A DNA stretch of 63,976 nt, counting the filler, from Octopus bimaculoides (lineage: Eukaryota), in NCBI RefSeq assembly GCF_001194135.2. It is 7 parts of 6 records of this genome, joined end to end, with 100 filler letters (N's around TTAATTAATTAA, not from the genome) between each part and the next. Parts side by side here need not be neighbours in the genome. Positions count along the whole stretch, not along the records: positions 19,267 to 26,332 come from NC_068994.1; positions 26,433 to 41,536 come from NC_069005.1; 5 more parts are not named here. One strand, 5' to 3'. The notes beneath the pieces were generated by a model. It searched no databases and was not told where the DNA came from. It saw only the letters and a list, made by a program, of their open reading frames with translations. Within the stretch, counting starts at the first letter, position 1; each line of letters opens with the position of its first letter. Position numbers and translations under genes: made by a program. This document shows positions 26,326 to 39,251 of the stretch, piece by piece.

Positions 26326-27737
26326 TATATATNNNNNNNNNNNNNNNNNNNNNNNNNNNNNNNNNNNNNNNNNNNNTTAATTAATTAANNNNNNNNNNNN
26401 NNNNNNNNNNNNNNNNNNNNNNNNNNNNNNNNATATATATATGTATGTATTTATATGCATATGTATGTATGTATGTATGTATTATGTATGTATGCATGTG
26501 TGCATATATTGACTATAACATCGTTTAGTCTCTTTCTGTTCTGAAAATATGTTTGTATTTACTGTGCAGAGAATATAAGCCCATAATCCTAAACTATCAG
26601 AATATTTTCATCCCATCAAAGAGTTTAGCATCAGATTACACAGACATACAAACAGACATCATATATACATACATATACCTGTATATATAAATACCTATAT
26701 CTGTATCTACGGATATACATATATGATATACATATACACACGTGTACAAAGATTACGAAGATAGAAGTGAAAACTAAACGAACTAAATGCGAAAATATAA
26801 AATTATAACAAAATTAAACAAAGCGAAAGCATAGCATCAGAATCTCGACAAAGAAACAGTTGGTACGTCTACACCAACAAACACTTAAATATTAGAAAGA
26901 TTTAAGAATAAAAAATCATTGTTCGGAAAATATCAAGCATGGTGATATAATCAAAAAAATATAGAAATATGTAAAGATTTAAAAGCGATACACACACACA
27001 AATACCAACACATACACACACATACGCACACACGCATACACACACACACACACACACAAAAGCAAACATATTCTTTTACTTGTTTCAATCATTTGACTGT
27101 GGTTATGCAGGATCGCCGCCTCTATTCGAACAAATCGACACCAAGACACACCGTCAGTTGTCAAGCGATGGTGGCGGAGACAAACATAGGCAAACAAACA
27201 CACACACGCATATATATATATATATATANNNNNNNNNNNNNNNNNNNNNNNNNNNNNNNNNNNNNNNNNNNNNNNNNNNNNNNNNNNNNNNNNNNNNNNN
27301 NNNNNNNNNNNNNNNNNNNNNNNNNNNNNNNNNNNNNNNNNNNNNNNNNNNNNNNNNNNNNNNNNNNNNNNNNNNNNNNNNNNNNNNNNNNNNNNNNNNN
27401 NNNNNNNNNNNNNNNNNNNNNNNNNNNNNNNNNNNNNNNNNNNNNNNNNNNNNNNNNNNNNNNNNNNNNNNNNNNNNNNNNNNNNNNNNNNNNNNNNNNN
27501 NNNNNNNNNNNNNNNNNNNNNNNNNNNNNNNNNNNNNNNNNNNNNNNNNNNNNNNNNNNNNNNNNNNNNNNNNNNNNNNNNNNNNNNNNNNNNNNNNNNN
27601 NNNNNNNNNNNNNNNNNNNNNNNNNNNNNNNNNNNNNNNNNNNNNNNNNNNNNNNNNNNNNNNNNNNNNNNNNNNNNNNNNNNNNNNNNNNNNNNNNNNN
27701 NNNNNNNNNNNNNNNNNNNNNNNNNNNNNNNNNNNNN

Positions 27738-27776
<39 letters not shown>

Positions 27777-28564
27777 CGTATGTATGTATTTATGTATATC
27801 TGTTCTTATGGAGGAAGTTAAGACCCTATATTTGATAGCGCATGACAGAAAGTTACTAAGACCATTATAAGTATGGAATATGAAGACTGGGTCATCTTAG
27901 AGCTTTGATAAAGATATGATTGACAATATCAGCAGGATAAACAATATCAGCGTATAATCTATTTAATAAGTGCAGAAGTCACAAAAGTAGGTTGTTACTT
28001 TAAATTTGCTATAAAAGCGATATCTGAAACCATGCAAAACATTGAGTTAGATGAGATAGGAAGAAAAATGAAAGACAATGAGTTTCTGGATATCTTATTG
28101 AAGCCACAACAAAAGAATAAACACGCACACATACATACACATGCACTCTCTTACACGCACACATGCGCACGCACGCACACACGCGCACACAGAAACATAC
28201 ACATACGTAAATACATGCTTACTTACATACATTAATACAGACAGACAGACAGGCTGAAAGACGCACGGACGTACGTAGTCAAGTCGCTTAGCTTACTGGT
28301 TAAAGTACTGCGCTCGCCGTTTTGGATTCGATTCCCAGAGGTGCGTTTTGTCCTTGAGCAAGACACTTTATTTTTCAATGCTATTACCAGTCCGAACATG
28401 CACGTTGAAACTGTGTAACAAGCTACTCACTGCGTTTTGTCATGGAGAAGATATCTCGCTTGTTGACAAATAGTGTGTATACACCTAAATCAGTTCGCAG
28501 AGCCGCCTACTAGATTGTGAGATGCTAGCATTTCGGAGTAGCGAATCTCACACTTGCAGCAGGT

Positions 28565-28870
28565 AGCGTTTAAAATGTGGGCAGGGACTATAGATCTCGT
28601 GTCTTGAGTTATGGAGAGTCTCCAGGTCAAGAGATGCTTCACGGAACCTTGCCCGCTCTTTTGTGCAAATCTTAGATTGTCCTATCGCGTTTATATAAAA
28701 CCCCGATTGCTCTGTGAGCCTCCATTTAATTTCCTATGGGGTTCCTTCATCCTTAAGGTGCTACACGTGCCTGCAGAGGGACGTGATGTAACGTTTTTCC
28801 TGATAGTACTGGTTCCGAAACTTTTGCTGCAACCTTCTAGCCTGCAAAGTTGATTTCCCGAAAGTATCCC
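28565..28870 (-). pseudogene. Penelope-like (Naiad-type) endonuclease C-terminal remnant
   Basis: Minus strand reads YITSLCRHV*HLKDEGTP*EIKWRL...KICTKERARF...LHNSRHEIYSPCPHFK, the same motif order as 21400-21670. Confidence 0.65.
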
Positions 28871-29157
28871 TTATTGACGTCCTGTGTTATAGACACAGAG
28901 AAATATGTCAACAGCAGGCGAATACAGCCCGGCAGCAGCGACTGTTTCGTCGCTAAACCCGGATGTCTGAGTCATCGATCTTCATCAATAGCAAATATCC
29001 CCTGGTGTCGCATGCCAATGAAAAGTACGCCACTAGTTGGTATAGTTAAGCTATGATTGGAAGGTCTCCCACATGGCATTTAACGGACACGCTGAATATA
29101 AATTCGTTACGAACTACAGAAATTTATTGATTCAAATTAGAAATTTGTACATCATAT

Positions 29158-29495
29158 TCTTTTATTCTTTTAATTGTTTAGTCGAACAAATCGACCCCAG
29201 GACTTATTCTTTTAAGCCTAGTACTTATTCTATCAGTCTGTTTTCGTGAACCGCTAAGTTACGGGGACGTAAACACATCAACATCGGTTGTCAAGCGATA
29301 GTAGTGGGACAAACACAGGCACACACACAAATACATGTATACATGACGGGCTGCTTTCAGTTTCCGTCAACCAAATTCACTCACTAGGATTTGGTCGGCC
29401 CGAGACTATAGTAGAAGACACTTACCCAAGGTGCCACGCAGTGGAACCGAACCAGGAAACATGTGGCCAGCAAGCAAGCTTCTTACACAGCCACT
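29158..29495 (-). mobile_element. SINE family B copy with 3' deletion
   Basis: Colinear with the other family B copies. Confidence 0.8.
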
Positions 29496-29761
29496 GAAAA
29501 TGTTTGAACTACGATATCTGTTACGGTCATATTGTATAAAAATATAAACACAATATTCTGAAGTGAACGAGTCTTAGTCGTTGTAGGAAGTGTTTACATA
29601 TTTTGAAAAACTAGAGACTTATTGTGTACAATTGCATATGAGTTTTTCGAGAACTATTTTTTAAAATGAACCAGAAATAGCTAACTATGTGGGGAGAGGC
29701 TGAAAGCCAGCATTAGAAGAAAAGTTTTAGCAGGGCTGAATGTGAACACCAAATAGGACAC

Positions 29762-29813
<52 letters not shown>

Positions 29814-31910
29814 AAAGACTGGAGGAGAGTGAGAGAAACAGAGGGTGAGAGAAATTTTCAATCAACAAATGAAAGAGACACGAGAACAGAAACGAGAACA
29901 ACAGACACGAGAGCAAATAAAAGAGAAGAAATAAACAAACAGGAAAACACACATAAAAGCATATATAAAAAGACGTGTACACAAAAATATACAAATACAC
30001 ATAGACATAAATACATATACAATTTGATATATATAGAACTACATATCCATATATACAAACACAGACACACACACATGTATATAAATAGACATACACACGC
30101 ACACACACACACACAAACATATATAAACATGTGCATGAATACATATACAAACACGAGTGTATTCATATATATTTATATATGTATATATATATATGTATAT
30201 ATATGTATATATATATTTATATGCGCACATACATACATACATACAAACACATATACATGCACACATACATACGTAAACACATATACAAGCAACACAACTA
30301 TATCGAATCCTCAAAAATATTCAATTGCCAAACAACATTAACTGTGGATATATAAGAACTATCTTCAACATACATTGGGGAAAAAATCGATTCTATATAT
30401 ATATATATATATTTATTGATGAAGCAAGAATTATTATGTGACTGGCTTCTACTAAGGAAACAAGCAAAAACCAAAATACATTATAATCTACATGACTAAA
30501 GATACGTAGAACTACATATCCATAATCTACAATGGGTAAACATGAATGATGTCACCAAGGTTAATATCTCAGTGGGAAATAAACGCAAGACTTCAAAAAA
30601 AGATCAGAAATAACACCGAAAAGATTAGTTCCAATAAAATAGCCATAACTAACGAGAGTCGCAGGAATGGATAGAGTTATTGCATGGATTAACTGCTGGA
30701 AGTGTTCTCTATTCCCCTCCTCACAGATTCCTCTAATATTAGCACTGAATAGTGAAATCGTGTATCGTAGTGGTTAAAGTGTTGCGCTATCAATCCTGAT
30801 GTTGTTGGTTCAATTGTTGCCGCGAGTGTCGCGATTTCCTTTATCGCGTGCGAAAGCAATTAGTTTCACAGGAGAAAAGAGGTACTTACTGCCTATTCAG
30901 CTGGTTATCGGTCCTTTAATATAAATAACAAGAAAAATAACCATTATTATCATCATTATTATTATTATTCCTTCTCTGTTGCCTACATAGGAGTCTATAT
31001 CTACTCTGCCTAACTCCACGCAGTCTCCCACTGATATTAACACTCATCCACTTTCGTTTCTACGTAAGTATAATCTTGCTACTCCTACCCTTGTGTAGAG
31101 TTCTCCATTCATATTGAATTCCTTCTGAGTTTTTTTGTGTAGCTTTGTTAATTCAGGTTTTGTCCAACCTACAAAAGCTGTTGAGTACTATCACTGATAC
31201 TGCTCAAGTATTTACAGCCTTCACTAGATTCGGACCATCATCATCATCATCATCAAAATCGCTGGCCTTGTACTATAATTAGAAAAAATTAATGCAAGCA
31301 CCTTTTTTTTGTCTTTTTCATTATTTTACTAAACTACTTCATCATTATTTGTTTTTTTTTTATTCCCTGCTTTAGTTTACGTTTCCATTCTGTCCAATAG
31401 GAGGTCTTTTCTACTTGATGATCGAAAACATAAATATGCTAAAACACAAAACAAATCATTTTATACGGTTGGAAAAATAAACGGAGTTTCTCCAGTTATT
31501 TTACACGTTTATTGACTCCAATATCTTTGGCTATTAATCAGATCTGCAATGGCAATTGAACATCTATTTTGTCTTGTGTTTTTGTTTTTGTTTTTTTCTC
31601 TATTTTCCATAGGCTTTTATTGCTGCTATATTTTCTGCTTGTCTTTCGTTTTTGTTTCTTTTATAAAGTACAGTTTTAGTTATTTTCCTCTTCAGTGCAG
31701 TGAGTGGAATGTTCCTTTGCAATTGTTCATTCCTTTCTTTCTTTGTTTATCTAATATCTTGTTGTAATATTTTGTATTTATTAACAAACGTCTTTTTTTT
31801 CGTTAATTATGTATTTGCGCTATGGACAAAGTTTTTGGTTATTTTTCTTTCTAAACAGTTGCTTTAGTTCGAATATTTTGTTGTATACATACACACACAG
31901 GCACATGCAC

Positions 31911-31960
<50 letters not shown>

Positions 31961-32111
31961 AGCTCAGACGTGGTTCTGTGGTAAGAAGCTTACTTGCCAG
32001 CCACATGATCCCAGGTTCAATTCCATTATTAGTCTTATAGTATAGCTAGCTTCGGGCCGACAGTAGCTTTCTAAGCGGATTTCATGGACGGAAACTGGAA
32101 GAAGACAGTCG

Positions 32112-32144
<33 letters not shown>

Positions 32145-32350
32145 CCTTGGGGATGGTCATATTGCCAGTTTAGCCAATAAAAACACACGCACTGTATATT
32201 TGGTGTTAATTTGCTTCAGCTTTATATTACATTAATCTTAATCTTATTTCGGCCAGAGTTCTTTCGTCACACTTCTGTGACCTCATCAGTGGTCCTTTGT
32301 TTCCTTCCTTCTTATGTGTGTCTCACCTTGCTAACTATCAGCCATTTTGT
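31961..32350 (+). mobile_element. SINE family B head joined to a different body that contains an antisense hammerhead
   Basis: Head ...ggttcaattcc...gacggaaactggaagaag then (TA)n; the body does not match the usual family B body. Confidence 0.55.
32251..32295 (-). ncRNA. Minimal type I hammerhead motif (canonical CUGAUGA)
   Basis: Minus strand: ggacca-CTGATGA-G-GTCAC-agaagt-GTGAC-GAAA-GAACTC-tggcc. Confidence 0.6.
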
Positions 32351-32869
32351 CATATATATATATATATATATATACCCTATTGTAAATTTGTGTGATGTTT
32401 CCAAGTGCGTTACCGTATTATGCTCCTTAACTCCTACTATACCGTTGGTGCAAGCACAATGCAACTCAAATTTGGGGTGTATTTTTTTAAAGGCTGTCTA
32501 AATGGGTCCCCACTGATCTCCCTATATTTACTGCATTTTAAACTAAATATTTGGCATTGGCATCCAAAGACCCGTAATGATAATGAATTTGAAAACATGC
32601 ACTCCCAGGGAGTATCGTAAGAAGGCTCAGTTTCTGAAGGGCCGCTTAAATGGGATCCCACTGACCCCCTCCCTATTTTTACTGCATTTAACTCGTTCTT
32701 ACGCTTATTGATTAAACTATGCTTAGCACATTTGTAGCAATAAGTTTTGGGATTCTAAATTGCGATAAAGTGTTATAACAGATACGTTTCAAGTCTAGTA
32801 GTGTGGATATTTATATTTTGAAGTTTATATCATATCTAGAATAACTATTGCTTAACCATTTTCTAGCAC

Positions 32870-32919
32870 CGTCTCCGATGAAGGGATATGAAAAATATCA
32901 CGGAAACAGTTGTAAGACG
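32870..32919 (+). ncRNA. Type I hammerhead-like motif (CCGAUGA core)
   Basis: Stem I CGTCT/AGACG perfect; CCGATGA 32875-81; stem II GATAT/ATATC; GAAA 32903-06; stem III ACAGTTGT; GUA triplet. Confidence 0.6.
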
Positions 32920-33233
32920 TTCTACTTATAAATGTCCTGAAATCTTTCACAGTCTTGAATTTTTATCTCATTCTGTTAATTTTTTTATATATACACCTGG
33001 TGGTATATGACCTACGTTGGACTCCTCATTTGCATAATAAACGAACCTGGAGCTTAAATATAGTCTGCCCATACCACTTACTTAGCATTACCTGACATTT
33101 ATGGTCTTCTTGACACCATTACCTCCTATATATAAATATGTATATATGAAATACATTTAACATTCAGCTGAATTAGGTACTTAAATTGAGGCACATTGCT
33201 AAGTCTAAGTAGCATGCATACATTGATACTCAC

Positions 33234-33268
<35 letters not shown>

Positions 33269-35609
33269 NNNNNNNNNNNNNNNNNNNNNNNNNNNNNNNN
33301 NNNNNNNNNNNNNNNNNNNNNNNNNNNNNNNNNNNNNNNNNNNNNNNNNNNNNNNNNNNNNNNNNNNNNNNNNNNNNNNNNNNNNNNNNNNNNNNNNNNN
33401 NNNNNNNNNNNNNNNNNNNNNNNNNNNNNNNNNNNNNNNNNNNNNNNNNNNNNNNNNNNNNNNNNNNNNNNNNNNNNNNNNNNNNNNNNNNNNNNNNNNN
33501 NNNNNNNNNNNNNNNNNNNNNNNNNNNNNNNNNNNNNNNNNNNNNNNNNNNNNNNNNNNNNNNNNNNNNNNNNNNNNNNNNNNNNNNNNNNNNNNNNNNN
33601 NNNNNNNNNNNNNNNNNNNNNNNNNNNNNNNNNNNNNNNNNNNNNNNNNNNNNNNNNNNNNNNNNNNNNNNNNNNNNNNNNNNNNNNNNNNNNNNNNNNN
33701 NNNNNNNNNNNNNNNNNNNNNNNNNNNNNNNNNNNNNNNNNNNNNNNNNNNNNNNNNNNNNNNNNNNNNNNNNNNNNNNNNNNNNNNNNNNNNNNNNNNN
33801 NNNNNNNNNNNNNNNNNNNNNNNNNNNNNNNNNNNNNNNNNNNNNNNNNNNNNNNNNNNNNNNNNNNNNNNNNNNNNNNNNNNNNNNNNNNNNNNNNNNN
33901 NNNNNNNNNNNNNNNNNNNNNNNNNNNNNNNNNNNNNNNNNNNNNNNNNNNNNNNNNNNNNNNNNNNNNNNNNNNNNNNNNNNNNNNNNNNNNNNNNNNN
34001 NNNNNNNNNNNNNNNNNNNNNNNNNNNNNNNNNNNNNNNNNNNNNNNNNNNNNNNNNNNNNNNNNNNNNNNNNNNNNNNNNNNNATATATGCCTAAATGT
34101 TAAACGAAACACATACTGAATGAATATGTGAACATATGTTTTCAAGCTTATGCCCATACGTATGCATGTATATGTATGTATATTTGTATATTTGTGCGTT
34201 TGTATGTATGTATGTATGTATATATGTATGTATGTATGTGGATGTGTATATATCTATGTGTGCATGTATGTCTGTATATAGTAATAAGAACAATAATCCT
34301 TGGAACGCGAATCTCCAGAGATTTGTGGAAACGCGCGTAACGATGCATAAAATGTTTATAAATACCATCTAGGAGTTAATTTTATTATTACTGCATTTAT
34401 CCGACATTATATCGGTACAGCTCGATGCAACCACAAAATATTGGTTCACCAGTCAGTATATTTAGACTGTAGACATCATAGAACAGTCTATGGAACAGGT
34501 GTTGTATTTGCAGATTTAAAAACCTTTCCCGTACACAAATTATATATATATTGGCTTTTTGGTGCAAAATGGTGTTCGTTTATAAATCGCTAACGGGAGA
34601 TATATCCTCGTTACCTCTAACGCTGAGATCACCAGATCATGTTATTTCGACCTTTTTGGCCTCGTCAAAACAAGATGAAAAAATAAAATAAAAGATGAAA
34701 AAATGGTCGAAATCGCGTGTGCAGATGGTCTCGGTGTGGATTTATCTTCCCATTAATGATATAAACAAGAATGCATTTTGCTCCTAAATGCTAGTATTAG
34801 AGTTTCTGTTATGGTAATTACCGCAGTAAAGTTTCTTCCAACAAAATATCCACGTTTAATTGGGGAAAAACTTTAACTCTCTGTCGCTAGTATACATATA
34901 TTTTTAACAGGACAAGGTAGATATACGCGGCTATATTCTATTTTATTCATATGTATGTATATTATATATTATTATATATTATATTTTAAATGATTTTAAT
35001 TTATTTTTGGTTTAGCTAACTACATTTGTAACACAATGTTGGCAACCTACTTTCTACTCTCCTATGAACTAATTTTCACAACCAACTGTTTACATCGACC
35101 ATTTCTGAATTCAAATGTAGCGAAAGTATCTTTCAACTAGTAACGAATAACTGTAACATTGGAACAATTTTATTTGAACTGGACACGGTTAGAAGAAAGA
35201 GTTTTACAGCCTTGTCCGACAGTGCTCCTTTGTGCATTTCTCTTGCTACTCAAGGCCATTAGACGATGTACGTGAGTGAAAACAAAGCAACGAAGTGTAG
35301 TGTGCGCATTAGAGCCTGCCGGGAGATCGAAAAACCGTTAGCATGAACATTTCTGCTAACCGGAAGCAGACTTTGTACTTCTTACTTGTATAAAATTCGC
35401 CATGCAGCAACAGTAGGAATAGAAAAAGTAGTCAGATAATTTATTTATTTATTTATTTATTTTATTTGTTTATTTATTTATTTATTTAATGGCAATTGCT
35501 TTGGGGACGTTGAGCGAGAAGAATATTATCAACAGAAACGTATCTGATTGAATCGGAACAGACAGAAACTTTTGAGAAAGAGAGAAAGAGCGAGGGAGAG
35601 AAAGAGAGA

Positions 35610-35700
35610 AAGGTAAAAAGAGAGAGAAAGGTAAAAAGAGAGAGAAAGGTAAAAAGAGAGAGAAAGGTAAAAAGAGAGAGAAAGGTAAAAAGAGAGAGAA
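35610..35700. repeat. 18-bp purine minisatellite (aaggtaaaaagagagaga), 5 copies
   Basis: Direct reading. Confidence 0.9.
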
Positions 35701-35715
35701 TGGGTGATGTGTGTC

Positions 35716-35746
<31 letters not shown>

Positions 35747-36072
35747 CAGAGACAGAAAACGAGAAAGAGGGAGAGAGAGACAGAAAATGAGAAAGAGGGA
35801 GAGAGAGACAGAGGAGAACGAGAGACAGAGAAAATCAATAACAGGAACACAAATGCGTTTGATTTGCAAATCTTTATTGATATTCAATACAATTTGTTGA
35901 AATGGAAGTGAGGATATTCAATGGAAGCGCCATTTACTAGCAAGAAGTCTTTCCTTACCGTTTTGCTTCCTAAACAACATAGGAATTATCAAAAGGACCG
36001 TGTCTCCACAGGAAGATGTTTCCAGTTCTCTTGAAGCTGCCAATGTTATATATACATATATATGTGTGTGTA

Positions 36073-36104
<32 letters not shown>

Positions 36105-36343
36105 CGTGTGTTTGTATTTATGTATTCATGTATATGCATATATACTTGCATATATGTATATATATATATGTGCGTGTGTTTGCATGAGCATATGTTTGTC
36201 TGTACGTGCGGTTGCATATATTTTTATGTGAATATTTCAGATTGTGTGCATTAGTAATAAACACGCGTGCATGTGTATAGAAACATGTATATATATATAT
36301 ATATATGTGTGTGTGTGAGTGTGTGTGTGTGTGTGTGTGTGTT

Positions 36344-36384
<41 letters not shown>

Positions 36385-36442
36385 ATATCTATATACATAT
36401 ATATATACACACACATATATATATGTATATGTAAATATATAC

Positions 36443-36487
<45 letters not shown>

Positions 36488-37931
36488 TACATATATACAT
36501 ATACATATATATATATAAAGAGACAGAGAGAGAGAGGTGAATATATTTATATGTACACAACTATACACACGTGTAAATGTGTAACTGTATGCACACACAT
36601 ATATGCATAGATAGGTCGTACATGTTGCTTGTACGTGTTTATGTGTGCGAGTGCATAATTATATATGTTTTACAAGTATGTACATTTATGTACTGAGAGA
36701 AAGATATACCGCATTAATAACTCTATGTATGTTTGGAATTTAATATTTTTCATTATACATATTGAAGGAATTGATGTCTACACACTCATACAGGTGCATA
36801 TACACACATATACACTCAGAAACCTACAAGCTTAAAGAGTATAGCACTGCATGTTTATATACGCATGTGTATGATTATGAGAATCCCCCCCTCTCTTTCT
36901 CTCCATCTCAACAAATACACACACACACACAAACCCACAGATATATATATATATATACACACACATCAAATTTATCAGTTTTATGTAACAGAGATTGTGA
37001 TTTTTAAGCAAGTTTAAAACAAGATACCTCGCAGCGCAGAATGATTGAAATAGAAACTATGAAATTGTACAAAATTCGCCAAACGGAAAACAAATCTATT
37101 TATTCTAGTATTATAGGCAGAGGATGGCAGTGTTTTCAGAAGCTAATAAATGTGCTTTTCAGCCACATAATCCAGGGTTCAGTTCCAATAAGTGGCACCT
37201 TCTGCAAGTGATTTTTTCTCCTATAGCCCCGGGCCAAGCAAAGCGTTTTGCCTGTTTTTAATAGACGGTAAGTGCCAAAAAGTCTTTCATAGTATGTATG
37301 TATGTGAAGGCGAATGGCTTAGTGTTTAAGGCATTCGGCTTGCGATCGTAAGGTCGTTAGTTCAATTCCCGGCGACGCGTTGTGTCCTTGAGCAAGACAC
37401 TTTATTTCACGTTGCTCCAGTCTACTCAGTAGGCAATTGTACCTGCATTTCAAAATGGTCCATTGAGCTACGTTTAGATCAGTCTACTGCATAGACTGAT
37501 AGCAGAGTCCGTAATAAGAGCTTACTGTGATAACTGCACCGTTCATCGAATTCATAGTTTATAGTAGTGTGAGGGGGGTGCACGCGCTTCTGTTTCTGTA
37601 TGTGGATGATGGGTAGATCTCCACTGAAATTTCTTTCGTCATAGGTATTCTCCTCGGTGAATCTCGCGCTAGACACTGACAAGAAATCGAATAAATATAT
37701 CTGTTTACACAAATGCAATAAACAAATAAATCTAAACTTTCCTCATGTGAGGATTTTTTTCTCCCTAAAATGATAACAATAAATATAAACACCCTTTAAA
37801 AAAATTATGCGAATTGTAACAGAAGGAACCTCTTTTCGCCTCCACTCCACCACCATTCGGGTTTTCAGAGTAGTTTTAAATAGTATCCTAATTTATTGGG
37901 TTGGTGCATAATTATTGTTCGTTTGTTTTTA

Positions 37932-38340
37932 GCTGCAACATAAAATATAAATGTAATATATCCAATAGGACTTCTACTTATTTTTGAGATACTTAGGTGT
38001 GATTTGAGAGAGAGTTTATAAAATATAAATTTGCCATATCCAATAGGATCGCCGATTATTTTTGAGATGTTAGAGTGTAATTTCAGAGAAATTTTCCTGC
38101 TATTTTTAGCATCTCGAACCGGTCACTTAAAAGCTTCGATAACAAAAATAGAGATAATTTTCTGCTTACGTCGCGCATCATCATCGACTCCACCGCTGTT
38201 CCTTTGGTGGTTAGCAGGAGCATAAAATATAAATGTAATATATGCAATAGGATTTCCAGTTGTTTTTGAGATACTAGGATGTGAGTTGAGAGAGATTTTA
38301 CTGCCATTTCTAGCACATCGAACGTTCACTTAAAAGCTTC
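37932..38340. repeat. Three diverged direct repeats of ataaaatataaat...ccaatagga...tttttgagat...
   Basis: Units start near 37938, 38019 and 38221; the last two extend to cacttaaaagcttc. Confidence 0.75.
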
Positions 38341-38780
38341 ATCCTTCTTTGTTATTACTGTTGTTGTTGTCTTCTTTAACGTTACTAATACCAGTAACAT
38401 TGTTATTATTTCCCAGTTGTTTTTCCGTCCCCATCTCCGTATCTGATAAAGGAGAATTGTAACTCATTTTAGAAGAGTCTGCCGTTTCCGTAGCCATTAA
38501 TAAAATTCCTAGATGACTTGTCGGTTAACGATAATTACTTTTCAAATCTCTTACCCTAGAGGGAGCGATTCTGCAGTAAACACTTCTTTCATTTTCTTAT
38601 ACTATCCTTCCATCTGTCTCTAATATCAAACCTCACTCCTGAGCAACAAGCCCAAATGACTGTAGCGTAATTCAATTTTTCCCTAACTTTTCTCTATATC
38701 TATCGATGTATTTCCGATAAAATTTCTTGAACACTAAACATCCATATTGACTAAAGAATTACTGCTTTCATAATCACAAG

Positions 38781-38918
38781 GCTACGAGGTTCACTCACGA
38801 GAAAGAAATAGCTGCGGTGAATTTATCGTTATAACAAAGCTACTACTTGATGGAAGAATGCTTAACGATGGATACAGACGTTCGGATTACAACTACGAGC
38901 TTCCGGATTCAACCCAAG
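38781..38918 (+). CDS. Weak candidate exon ((G)YEVHSRERNSCGEFIVITKLLLDGRMLNDGYRRSDYNYELPDSTQ)
   Basis: cacaag acceptor, open frame, G|gt donor (weak); unique sequence; no family recognised. Confidence 0.2.
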
Positions 38919-39115
38919 GTTTCTTGTATAAAATTCACAGCGAGTAATGTTTGGGAGACGGTAGTGGAGGGGAATAAAGTAGGAGAAACACTTTCTGTTT
39001 TTAATCTACAGTTTAAATCCATTGCCTGGTGTTTCATATTGTTTAACGGGGTCCACCCGTTGCGTGCAGTTTATTTCGATCCCTGGTCCACGGTTGACTC
39101 CCTCCCTTCTTCCAG

Positions 39116-39251
39116 TTTGTCGCTCGGGACAACGAAATTATCATAGCCGCCTTCCTACATCCTTGAGGTCAAGGAAAATGATGCCAAAAGCTAAGAGAAA
39201 AATCGAAACACCATATAAGGATTGCTTTTTAGAGAAAGATTTAAAAATACC
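39116..39251 (+). CDS. Weak candidate exon ((V)CRSGQRNYHSRLPTSLRSRKMMPKAKRKIETPYKDCFLEKDLKI)
   Basis: Strong acceptor ttgactccctcccttcttccag; gtatgt donor; frame-compatible with 38781-38918. Confidence 0.25.

Noticed and set aside
28925-28995. Minus-strand TTGATGA...GAAACAGTC hammerhead-like match
   Set aside because: C3 altered, stem I does not pair, and it probably lies in decayed PLE coding sequence
3431-38340. Short direct repeats (32-bp, 18-bp, 70-120-bp units) as a CRISPR-like array
   Set aside because: No unique spacers of constant length, no cas genes, eukaryotic context
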